Notes under the pieces: model-generated
Seen by the model: the letters and a program-made list of their open reading frames with translations, nothing else
Told to the model about the DNA's origin: nothing
Databases searched by the model: none
In this document: one piece after another, positions 1 through 7,904 of the stretch
Numbering within the stretch: position 1 is the stretch's first letter
Layout of the letters: each line of letters starts with the position of its first letter
Program-made: the position numbers and the translations under genes
Assembly: GCF_019464535.1 (NCBI RefSeq)
Contig: NZ_CP080507.1
Location: 3,630,001 to 3,662,000 of the forward strand
Length of the DNA: 32,000 nt
Source: Horticoccus luteus
Lineage (GTDB): Bacteria; Verrucomicrobiota; Verrucomicrobiia; Opitutales; Opitutaceae
Direction: 5' to 3'

Positions 1-249
1 GATCGCGCCTGGTATAACCTCGGCTTGCTCCTCGCGCAGACGAACCGCCTGCCCGCGGCCTCGCAGGCGCTCGTGACCGCGACCGAGTTGGTGCCCGCGT
101 CCGCCGAATACCACTACGCGCTGGCGACGGTGCTCTGGCAACTCCACGACCGCGAAGCCGCGCGGGCGGAGGCGGAAACGACCCTCACGCTGCAACCCGG
201 CCACTCCGCGGCCGCCGCCCTGCTGCGCGCCCTCGGCGCTTCGCGTTAG
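1..249 (+). CDS. TPR-repeat protein, C-terminal fragment (5-prime end lies outside the window)
   Basis: Frame 1 is open from base 1 to the TAG at 247..249. The translation DRAWYNLGLLLAQTNRLPAASQAL...YHYALATVLWQLHDREAARAEAETTLTLQP shows the W/Y-x-LG...A...A helical-pair pattern of TPR repeats. The listed start at 25 is only the first in-window start-like codon. Confidence 0.5.
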   Translation, partial: DRAWYNLGLLLAQTNRLPAASQALVTATELVPASAEYHYALATVLWQLHDREAARAEAETTLTLQPGHSAAAALLRALGASR

Positions 250-271
250 CCCGCCGCGGGCGCCGTCACCG

Positions 272-1117
272 TCACTTCTTCACGGGCGCAAATTCGATCG
301 GGATCAGCACGTCGAGTTCGACGAATTGACCGTCTTTGATCGCCGGAGCAAACAGCCAGCCCCGGAGCGCCTCCGCGGCCGCCTGTCCAAATTCCGGAGC
401 ACTCGCCTCCTGCACTTTCGCGTCCGTAACCACGCCTTCCCGGTCGACATGGCACAACACTTTGGCGGAGCCGGCCTCGCCCGAAGCGCGCAGCGATGCA
501 GGATAGATGGGCGCTTCCGCGTAAACCGGGACCAGATCGCGCGCTGGCGTGCGCTTCAACGTGAAGGCATCGCGCGTTTCCTTGGCCTTCTTGATCGCGT
601 CAGGTGTCATGGTCGAATTGATCACCTCGAACGCCCCCGCGAAAAAATGCACGTCCGGGCGGAGCTTCGATTTCTTCGCGTTCTTTCCCGCCACCTGAAT
701 CGCGAATGCGCCCGGCTTCGTCGGACTGAGGTTGTCCGGCAACGCCGCCACGCGGACGTATTTCGTCGTCCCATCCGTCTCCTTCACCTCGACCGCCACG
801 AAGCTGCGGGGAATCGCCCGGTCAGGCACGACCGTCCCCGTGATCAGCAACTGCCCTTCTTCCGCCGCTGCTTGGATCTTGTAGGGCTTCACCGTGAAAA
901 ACGCGTCGTGAAACGTGCTGGCGGGCCTGGTCATGAGCTTCGCCTTCGCGACCGCCGCCCGCGCCTTGCCGCCTTTCACTGCGACAATCGGCGTGTCATC
1001 CTGCTTCACGGCGACCACCGGGTTCGTCGCGAAACCTTCCTTCGCCACGACGATCTCCTGCGCCCGGCCGGCGTGGAGAGTAAGGAGAGAAAAGGAAAGG
1101 AGGAGCAGACGTTTCAT
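272..1117 (-). CDS. secreted protein with a TonB C-terminal (TonB_C) domain
   Basis: ATG at 1117 and TGA at 272. Signal-like N-terminus MKRLLLLSFSLLTLHAGRAQE. The C-terminal ~85 aa (LVPVYAEAPIYPASLRASGEAGSAKVLCHVDREGVVTDAKVQEASAPEFGQAAAEALRGWLFAPAIKDGQ) matches the TonB_C pattern P.YP..a...g..G.v.v...vd..G.v....v..ss....fd.aa..a....f.Pa...G. Confidence 0.7.
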   Translation of the reverse strand: MKRLLLLSFSLLTLHAGRAQEIVVAKEGFATNPVVAVKQDDTPIVAVKGGKARAAVAKAKLMTRPASTFHDAFFTVKPYKIQAAAEEGQLLITGTVVPDRAIPRSFVAVEVKETDGTTKYVRVAALPDNLSPTKPGAFAIQVAGKNAKKSKLRPDVHFFAGAFEVINSTMTPDAIKKAKETRDAFTLKRTPARDLVPVYAEAPIYPASLRASGEAGSAKVLCHVDREGVVTDAKVQEASAPEFGQAAAEALRGWLFAPAIKDGQFVELDVLIPIEFAPVKK

Positions 1118-1137
1118 GGGGAAAGGGTTGAAGGTTA

Positions 1138-2676
1138 TTAACGCGCTTCGGCGGTTACCACATCTTCGTTGTAAACTTTACCGTCGGTTCCGTAATGACG
1201 AAAAACAGCGCGCGGCTGGCCGTCCACGCGTTCGATGGTGACGTGCAGGAAGCCGCCTTTAATGCGCAAAAAGCGATGCATCGGCGTGCGGTCCGCGAGG
1301 CTGTAGCCGCCTGCATGCGCGTCCGACGTAGGGCCGGTCGAATACTCGCGCAGCCCAGTCGCCGGATCCGCCGAGACGTATTGCCAGTGCCGGTCCCCCG
1401 CGATCACGACCATGTTCTTCTGCGCGGCGAGAAACGCCCGTAACTCCGCGCCTTCGTGCGCGAAGGCCGCATTGGCGTGATTGTCGCCCTTCGCTTCGCG
1501 GTCCGGTCCCACGACCGGCGTCGGCGCAATCAGGATGCGAAACGTGGCATCCGACTCCTGCACGGTCCGGAAAAACCACGCTTTCTGTTCCGGCCCCCAA
1601 ATTGTTTTGTCCGGACCATCAGGCGCCGTATTCGGCGACCGAAACTCCCGGCCCTCCATCATCCACACTTGCAGATCCTTGCCCCACCGGGCGGTCCGGT
1701 AGGTCTTTTCGCCCATGGGCACTTCCTCGCGGAAAATTCTCACTCCGTCCGCAAACGTCAGTTCGCCGTAGGTCTGCCCCGGCCACGCGTCGTCCTTCAA
1801 CGTGTCATGGTCATCCTTCATGAAGTAGCTCGGCACGTGGAGATGAAACGCGCGGATATACGGCATCGCATACATGCGGTCCCACTTGAATCGCGCCAAC
1901 GCCGGCGTCGTCGCCAGCGGCGTCGGCTTGTCGTAATACTCACAGTCGCCCGTGTGCACGAAAAAGTTCGGGTGCAACTCCGCCATCAACCGGTAGGTCT
2001 TGTGCCCGTTGAGTGGATCATCGCGCCGCGCGTAATCTTGTCCCGTCACCACGGTGAACGTCACCGGCTCAACCGCCTCTTTCGCGGGCGCCGTGCGAAA
2101 ACTGCCTTCCTGCGCGCAGGTCGGGCCCGCCGCGGATGCCCGCCCTTCGGCCCGAAACCGATACCGGCAGTTTGCGCGCAAGCCATGCAGCGCGAATTGG
2201 TGGGAGAAGTCCCGATCGGCACTGATGGCCGCCCAGGCCAGAGCGGTCTCCGCCTTGTCGCCCTCCGCCCAATAGACGATTCGCACTTCCCCTTCGGCGC
2301 CGGGCACTGCTCCGTCCATCTCCGCGAGCGCGTGGCCCGCGAGTTGCAGGTTTTCAGGAATCGGCGCGCTGATCCGCAACGCCCGCTCTTCATACGTTTC
2401 GTTTTTCGGAGGCGCGTTGTCCTTCTCGATCTCGGCACGCGTACGAAATGCCACGCCGTTCATCACCCGTTCCGCGTTGCGCGTCAGCCGCGTCCAGATG
2501 ATCGCGGAATCCGTGGACACTTCGCCAATTTTCAAACCGTCTGCCATGAACACCGCCGCTGTCGCCGGCTCGCTGGTCGGTGCCTTGACTGGGTCCGCCT
2601 CGCCTTCCGCCGCTGTTCTCGCCGTCAATGCGCACAGCGCACTTGCGGCCAGCGCGATGCGCCAAAAATGACGCAT
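1138..2676 (-). CDS. PhoD-like alkaline phosphatase / metallophosphoesterase
   Basis: ORF 1138..2865. I place the start at the ATG at 2676 (MRHFWRIALAASALCALTARTAAEG, a signal peptide) because the longer form has a non-signal, Arg-rich leader. Metallophosphatase/PhoD blocks are present: FTVVTGQDY, FFVHTGDCEYYD, FMKDDHD, VVIAGDRHWQYVS. Confidence 0.8.
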   Translation of the reverse strand: MRHFWRIALAASALCALTARTAAEGEADPVKAPTSEPATAAVFMADGLKIGEVSTDSAIIWTRLTRNAERVMNGVAFRTRAEIEKDNAPPKNETYEERALRISAPIPENLQLAGHALAEMDGAVPGAEGEVRIVYWAEGDKAETALAWAAISADRDFSHQFALHGLRANCRYRFRAEGRASAAGPTCAQEGSFRTAPAKEAVEPVTFTVVTGQDYARRDDPLNGHKTYRLMAELHPNFFVHTGDCEYYDKPTPLATTPALARFKWDRMYAMPYIRAFHLHVPSYFMKDDHDTLKDDAWPGQTYGELTFADGVRIFREEVPMGEKTYRTARWGKDLQVWMMEGREFRSPNTAPDGPDKTIWGPEQKAWFFRTVQESDATFRILIAPTPVVGPDREAKGDNHANAAFAHEGAELRAFLAAQKNMVVIAGDRHWQYVSADPATGLREYSTGPTSDAHAGGYSLADRTPMHRFLRIKGGFLHVTIERVDGQPRAVFRHYGTDGKVYNEDVVTAEAR

Positions 2677-2756
2677 CCCCCTCACGGGTGAGGTCGGGTT
2701 CCGGATGGCTCGTGACGGTGTTGGATGGCTCTGCATGCGTGTCCTCTCGGGTGAAT

Positions 2757-4775
2757 TTAATCTGTCACGGTCAGCGGCGCCGCGGGCTGCGTTTTCGTCG
2801 TTTCGGGCGCGAACCGCCAGCTCTTGTCCTCCACCCACGCACTGTGATCGAAATTGCCGATCCACTCGCGTTCATGCGCGCGGCGGAAGCGGATCAACGC
2901 CGCCACCGCCTCGCGGCCGCGATCCGGCGTCGACTCTGGATCGGAGAGCGTCAGCAACCGCGCCGCCTGCACGCTGAGCTGCGCCTGCGTCAATCCGTCG
3001 CGCAGGAACTGCACGCGTGCGACCGCCTCCCGGTCGCCTCGCGCCGCCTGCGCCGCCTCGTCCAGCAACGCCTCCGCCGGACCGAAGCACTCGTCGGGAA
3101 AAATCCGGTGCGGCACTTTCGCCCACGTGCGCCAGCGCATGGCTTCGCGATCTTCAAACGCGCTGAAGATCAGCGGACGGTTGTCCATCGTGTAACGCTC
3201 CCAGTAATCGAAATACGCCTGCACCTGCCGGGCCGCCGGACCAAAGCCGCCGTAGTATTCTGCGAGCAGTTCATCGACTGGAGCGTCCGGCTCCGTGTGC
3301 AGACGCATCAACAGGTAGAGGGTCGGCCCTTGCACCGCCCACTGGCCCGTGAGCGAATCGAAGTCCGTGGCAACGCAACCATGGCGCACGGCGTGCTGAA
3401 AATCATCGGCGAACTGATGCGCGAAAATGAAGGGCATGTCGTAGCCGTCGAGAAAGTAGTCGGGGCGGAAAAACAGCCGCGCGCCCGTGCGGCTCCAGCC
3501 GTCCCATTGCGCCTTATACCAGGCATGCTCATCGTCGAATCGCGGATACCACCCCGCCGACGGACTGAAAGCGATCAGGATGTGCGAATTGAGCTGTACG
3601 CCCGACGTCGGCGGCTGGAAATAATTGAAATACGCATAGCCGATCGCGGTGACGTCCGGATTTTCCTTTGCCGCGAGCTGCTGCACCGCCAGCACGAAAC
3701 GCGCATAGCGGTCCGTCACAAAACGCGCCCCGTGCATTTTGAATTTCGGCAGGTAATACTTGTCCTTGTCCGGCGGCGGCGGCCCGTCCCAGGCCCGGCA
3801 GGCGTCGCATTCGCACAGGCCGAGAATATCGTTGTCCACTGCGTTGATGAAGCTCGGCAGGGTCCCCGCCGCCGCTCCGCCGCGCTTCTTCCACTGGGCG
3901 ACAATTTCGCGGTGCAGACCGGGGTTCGAGACGCACATCGAGAAACGCGCCCCCGGCGTCGCCGGTCCGCGTTTGCCATTCACCAATTGAAACCACTCGG
4001 GATGCGTGGCGCCGTATTTTTGCCACCACGTCTTGAACTCATCGTGGCCGTAACTGATCCGATAGCTGCGCCCCAGCCGGTGCCGGCGGAGAAAAACCTG
4101 CTGTTCCTGCGCGTAAGCCTGCGTCGCCGCCGGCGTGAATCCGAGCTCGGGGTGGTCGAGATCCTTCGCGAAGTTGAGTCCCGGCCGCACGTGACGCTGA
4201 AAGAATCGCGGCGCCATGGTCACATCCATCCGACCAAACTCGATCCGCTCGGCGCGCGGCACATACGTGCCAAGTTCGCCCGGCCACAGCCAGCGCACGC
4301 CTTGGGTGCGCTCCAGCCATTCATAAACACCAAACAGCGTGCCGGCCGATGTGCTCAAATCGAGCGGATCACCCGGCGCATCGCGGCCCGCGATGATCAA
4401 ACCCGCCGCCGTGCTGCGCACCGTGAAAGTTTCCACCGCCAGTTTCCGACCTTCGATCGCCGCCGCTCGCGCCGCCGCCGTATCTCCCAGAAAAATCAGC
4501 CTCGCGGCGAGTCCGCGCGCTTGCGCTTCATCCACCACCGGCGGCCGGTGGCCGGTCGCTTTTTCCAGGTGATAGGCGAGCTCCTGCGCTGCGTAACGCA
4601 CCGCTTCCGGACATCCAGCAGCAGTGACGATCGTCACCGCTGCGGCGGGTGCTGCCTCCGGGCGGTCATCCATCCGCGCAAGAGCCATCGCGGCTTCTCC
4701 CGAACCGCCGCGCGCGGCGCCGACGATAGCCAGGAGCGCGAGCGCGGACAGAACCTTCATCAGCGGTGCGCGCAT
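2757..4775 (-). CDS. DUF4838-type putative glycoside hydrolase, paralog P1
   Basis: Long ORF with a signal peptide (MRAPLMKVLSALALLAIVGAARG). Shared family blocks: VRYAAQEL.YHLEKATG, GTLFGVYEWLE...VRWLWPGELGT, HPEWFQLVNGKRGP, MCVSNP, NAVDNDILGLCECDACRAWDGP, FIFAHQFADDF, EWIGNFDHSAWVED. The ATG at 4775 shares one base with the sulfatase TGA (TGATG). GTG at 4778 or 4790 are alternative starts. The family name rests on recognition only. Confidence 0.7.
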   Translation of the reverse strand: MRAPLMKVLSALALLAIVGAARGGSGEAAMALARMDDRPEAAPAAAVTIVTAAGCPEAVRYAAQELAYHLEKATGHRPPVVDEAQARGLAARLIFLGDTAAARAAAIEGRKLAVETFTVRSTAAGLIIAGRDAPGDPLDLSTSAGTLFGVYEWLERTQGVRWLWPGELGTYVPRAERIEFGRMDVTMAPRFFQRHVRPGLNFAKDLDHPELGFTPAATQAYAQEQQVFLRRHRLGRSYRISYGHDEFKTWWQKYGATHPEWFQLVNGKRGPATPGARFSMCVSNPGLHREIVAQWKKRGGAAAGTLPSFINAVDNDILGLCECDACRAWDGPPPPDKDKYYLPKFKMHGARFVTDRYARFVLAVQQLAAKENPDVTAIGYAYFNYFQPPTSGVQLNSHILIAFSPSAGWYPRFDDEHAWYKAQWDGWSRTGARLFFRPDYFLDGYDMPFIFAHQFADDFQHAVRHGCVATDFDSLTGQWAVQGPTLYLLMRLHTEPDAPVDELLAEYYGGFGPAARQVQAYFDYWERYTMDNRPLIFSAFEDREAMRWRTWAKVPHRIFPDECFGPAEALLDEAAQAARGDREAVARVQFLRDGLTQAQLSVQAARLLTLSDPESTPDRGREAVAALIRFRRAHEREWIGNFDHSAWVEDKSWRFAPETTKTQPAAPLTVTD

Positions 4776-6373
4776 CACGGATTTTCCCACGGATCCCTGG
4801 TCCGCCGCTGAAAGGCCGTGAGTTCAGCCATGAGCTGCTGCTTCACGGCCGCGTGACCGGGATCGTCGGTGAGGTTGTTCACCTCGTCCGGATCCTGCTC
4901 CAGATCGTAAAGCTCGTATTCGGGCCGATGCAGAAACGCGGCGACCGTGCGTTGGCCAAACATCCGCCGCTCGCTCTCGGCGCTCGGCAGCCACGTGGGC
5001 GTTTTCTCCTCCGTGTCCGGCCCACGCACCTGTTTCGGCGCCAGCACCGCGCTGATCCACGTCGACGACTCGACCAGATCCCGCGCGAGCGGAAACGTGA
5101 GCTCATGCGCGAGGTTGTGAATCAATTTGTAGCGCGGCGTCCGGATGACGCGCATCGGGTAATACATCGTGATTTGATGAAACGTGTGCGAAGCAAAGAC
5201 CCGGTCCCATCCCGCCAATGCGCCACCATCCAAGCCCGCGCGAAACGATCGGCCGTCGAACTGCTTCTCGTCGTAGGCCACGCCCGCGACGTCCAGCACC
5301 GTCGGCGTCAGGTCCGCCCACGAGACCATCGCCGACTGCAGCGCTCCCGGGTGTTGTCGGCCCGGTGCCCGCACCAGCAACGGCAGGCGCATCCCGGGTT
5401 CGTAGAGCGTCGTCTTCGAGCCAGGAAACGCCGGCCCGTTGTCCGAAAGGTACAGAATCAACGTGTTCTCGTACTTCCCCGCGGCCTTCAGCACGCCGAT
5501 CAGTTTGCCGACGCCCTGGTCCAGGCGCGCAATCGACTGGTAATACTGGGCCAGTTCAAGGCGCGTGGCTTCGTTGTCGGGCAAATACGACGGCACGACC
5601 ACGTCCTCCGGACGAAACGCGACGGGCGTCACGCCCGGATAACCCTGCGGCCGATTGCCGAAGCTGTTGGGATTCGGATACGTCTTGAAAGTCGGCTTCC
5701 CGTCCGGACGAAACGCGTTCGAGCGATGCGGATCGTCGGTCGCGTAATAGAGAAAGAACGGCCGGTCGTCCTTCGCCTCGATCACGCCGCGCGACATTTC
5801 CGCCATCTCCACCGGGCTGCGCCCGATCGTCTTCGGATCGTTCGCGTGCCCTTCCGAGAGCACGGTTTGAAACGCGAACACCTTCTCTGGCGCGATGTGA
5901 TACTTCCCGATGCGCGCCGTGCGGTAACCGGCTTCCGCCAGGATCACCGACAAACTGCGGACACTGTCGAAGCTCTGAAAGTGATGCTCGTCGTGCTGCA
6001 AGCCATACATGCCGTTATGGTGACTCTGCAGCCCGCTGAGAATCGTCGCGCGCGACGGACTGCAACTGGCCGTCGTGCAAAACGCCGCGGTGAAGCGCGT
6101 GCCGTCCGCCGCGAGTGCGTCGAGATTCGGCGTGCGCACCACCGGATTGCCGTAGCATCCCAGCCCATCGGTGCCGTGATCGTCCGCCACGATCATCACG
6201 ATGTTCGGGCGAGCGGGCGCCGCGGCCGTCGCCGCGGGTTCCGCCGCCGCACCGCAGCCTGCCAGCAGCGCCGCTCCGAGCACCGCCCCCCGCCACCCTA
6301 GGGCGACGGCCGGTCTATTTTGCGGTCGCGGCAATATACGCGCTGAGTTGTTCGACATGATGGTTGAAGACAT
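4775..6373 (-). CDS. formylglycine-dependent sulfatase, N-sulfoglucosamine sulfohydrolase (SGSH/sulfamidase)-like, probable lipoprotein
   Basis: NIVMIVADDHG...CSPSRATILSG (C-x-P-x-R at 6050..6064), followed by LQSHHNGMYGLQHDEHHFQSFDSVRSL and DDRPFFLYYATDDPHR. These closely resemble the SGSH-type blocks I recall. Lipobox LLAG|C at 6254..6256. The start is uncertain: TTG 6382, ATG 6373, ATG 6358 or TTG 6334, and all of them overlap the upstream gene's 3-prime end. Confidence 0.88.
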   Translation of the reverse strand: MSSTIMSNNSARILPRPQNRPAVALGWRGAVLGAALLAGCGAAAEPAATAAAPARPNIVMIVADDHGTDGLGCYGNPVVRTPNLDALAADGTRFTAAFCTTASCSPSRATILSGLQSHHNGMYGLQHDEHHFQSFDSVRSLSVILAEAGYRTARIGKYHIAPEKVFAFQTVLSEGHANDPKTIGRSPVEMAEMSRGVIEAKDDRPFFLYYATDDPHRSNAFRPDGKPTFKTYPNPNSFGNRPQGYPGVTPVAFRPEDVVVPSYLPDNEATRLELAQYYQSIARLDQGVGKLIGVLKAAGKYENTLILYLSDNGPAFPGSKTTLYEPGMRLPLLVRAPGRQHPGALQSAMVSWADLTPTVLDVAGVAYDEKQFDGRSFRAGLDGGALAGWDRVFASHTFHQITMYYPMRVIRTPRYKLIHNLAHELTFPLARDLVESSTWISAVLAPKQVRGPDTEEKTPTWLPSAESERRMFGQRTVAAFLHRPEYELYDLEQDPDEVNNLTDDPGHAAVKQQLMAELTAFQRRTRDPWENP

Positions 6374-7904
6374 TGCTGCCAATGTAGCGGAAGCCCTTCT
6401 TGAAATTCGGCTGGCCCACCAATTTTGAGCCGTCGTGCGTCGTGATCCAGCGCCCCTGGTCGTCGAGCGCCGCGATGATCCGTTGCACGTCCGGCGCCAA
6501 CTCCTCCGCCGTCGCTTCCTGGCCGGCTACGCGGGCGACCGCGATCAGTTTGCCCGCTTCCGTGAACGTCTGGCCGTCGACCACTTTGGCGGCGCCCGGT
6601 TGATCGATGGCCGCAAACTCCGCTGCGAGTTCATTGATGCTCGACGGTTGTTTCCACCCGTAGTGCTTTGGCAGGTCTTTGTCGCTGTAGGTCAGGTCGT
6701 AGTAGCCGGGAGCGTTCGACGAGCCGCTCACGCCCGGTTTGCGGTTCATGTAGAGCGGCCGGTTGGTCTCGAGTTCGCGGTAGCGCGGCATGCGGCCGTC
6801 CGGCAGGAGGCACGTTTGCAGATAGGCAATCGCGCGCGGCAACGGCGCCAGATACTTCCGGTCCCCGGTGACCCGATAGATCTTCATCAAGGTCTTCACG
6901 GCGTCTTCCGACTCCAGGCCGCATACGGCCGGGGGCTCAAACTTCCGCGCCCACGTGGGCTCCATGTTGAAATTGTATTGCTGGCACCACGCCGGTTGCG
7001 GCTCGGGCATTTGCGCCAAAATCAAAAAGTCTCCCAACCGCGCGAGCGCCTGCTTGTAGCGCTCGTCGTGGTAGGTCTCGTAGGCAAGCAGCAGCGCATC
7101 CGAGACCGTGCCCACCAAGCCGTCGTTCAACGTGTAGTAGGTGTGATACGCCTCGTGCGGCCAAAGGCGCGGCCACTCCTTCGGGTAGTGCGCCTTGATG
7201 ATGGGCTTGTTCGGCGCCGGCTCCTTCCAACCTTGCGGAAATCCACCGTTGGGAAACTGCGCCTGCAACAGGCTGTTCAACGCGAACAGGGTCACCTCGT
7301 GGATCTTCTCGTTCTTGAAGTCCAGCGCCTGGTCCAGCCGCACCATGAATTGGATCGCGGCCTGCGTTTGATCGTCGTCGAGCGACGAGTAGTTCATCCC
7401 ATGGCCCCGGCCGTTCCGATAGTCGCCGCTGCGGTCGCCCTTCGGGTTGAAGTCGATCGTTTGCCGCCATCCGCCCGACTTCAACTGACCATAGACCAAT
7501 GCCTGGCCAGTCTCCGTCGCCGCCTCCAGATAGAACGGGTCGTGCGTCGCGGCGTAAGCCTCCAAGTAGGCGCGCCCGACCGCCGGAGTGCCCGGCGGCT
7601 CCACCCAAACCTGATCACGCGTGCCCACGCCTTCACCCCAGCGCTCGCTCAAGTCCGGGGTGTAGAAATACGCGTAGCCGCCGTGCGAGGCGACTTGCGT
7701 GCGATAGAACGTCGCCGCGCGCTTGAGCGCCGCCGTCGCTTCGCTGCGCAAATCCCGCGGCGCCTCGGCCGCCGACAAGGCGGCCGGCAACACCGCGGCC
7801 AGACCCATTCCCACTAACGCCGCTGCTCGCCACCGGCGCGCGGTCGGCACGCTGTCGTGCGCTTCTTTTCCGTCATTCGTTTCGTGTTTCATCATAAAAG
7901 TCAT
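6315..7904 (-). CDS. PL10-like pectate lyase / alpha-alpha toroid polysaccharide lyase
   Basis: The track ORF runs to 8465, but that part overlaps P2 out of frame. The sensible start is the ATG at 7904 (MTFMMKHE...RRWRAAALVGMGLAAVLPAALSAAEA, signal-like), which shares one base with the P2 TGA. The blocks SLDDDQTQAAIQFM, QFPNGGFPQGW, YTLNDGLVGTVSDALLLAY and WCQQYNFNMEPTWARKFEPPAVCGLESEDAVKTLM resemble the Pec_lyase (PL10) consensus as I remember it. Confidence 0.6.
   Translation of the reverse strand: MTFMMKHETNDGKEAHDSVPTARRWRAAALVGMGLAAVLPAALSAAEAPRDLRSEATAALKRAATFYRTQVASHGGYAYFYTPDLSERWGEGVGTRDQVWVEPPGTPAVGRAYLEAYAATHDPFYLEAATETGQALVYGQLKSGGWRQTIDFNPKGDRSGDYRNGRGHGMNYSSLDDDQTQAAIQFMVRLDQALDFKNEKIHEVTLFALNSLLQAQFPNGGFPQGWKEPAPNKPIIKAHYPKEWPRLWPHEAYHTYYTLNDGLVGTVSDALLLAYETYHDERYKQALARLGDFLILAQMPEPQPAWCQQYNFNMEPTWARKFEPPAVCGLESEDAVKTLMKIYRVTGDRKYLAPLPRAIAYLQTCLLPDGRMPRYRELETNRPLYMNRKPGVSGSSNAPGYYDLTYSDKDLPKHYGWKQPSSINELAAEFAAIDQPGAAKVVDGQTFTEAGKLIAVARVAGQEATAEELAPDVQRIIAALDDQGRWITTHDGSKLVGQPNFKKGFRYIGSNVFNHHVEQLSAYIAATAK

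Noticed and set aside
250-271. Possible bidirectional terminator between the convergent TPR and TonB_C genes (cccgccgcgggcg)
   Set aside because: Only a 3-bp stem is sterically possible, and there is no T/U tract. That is too weak to call.
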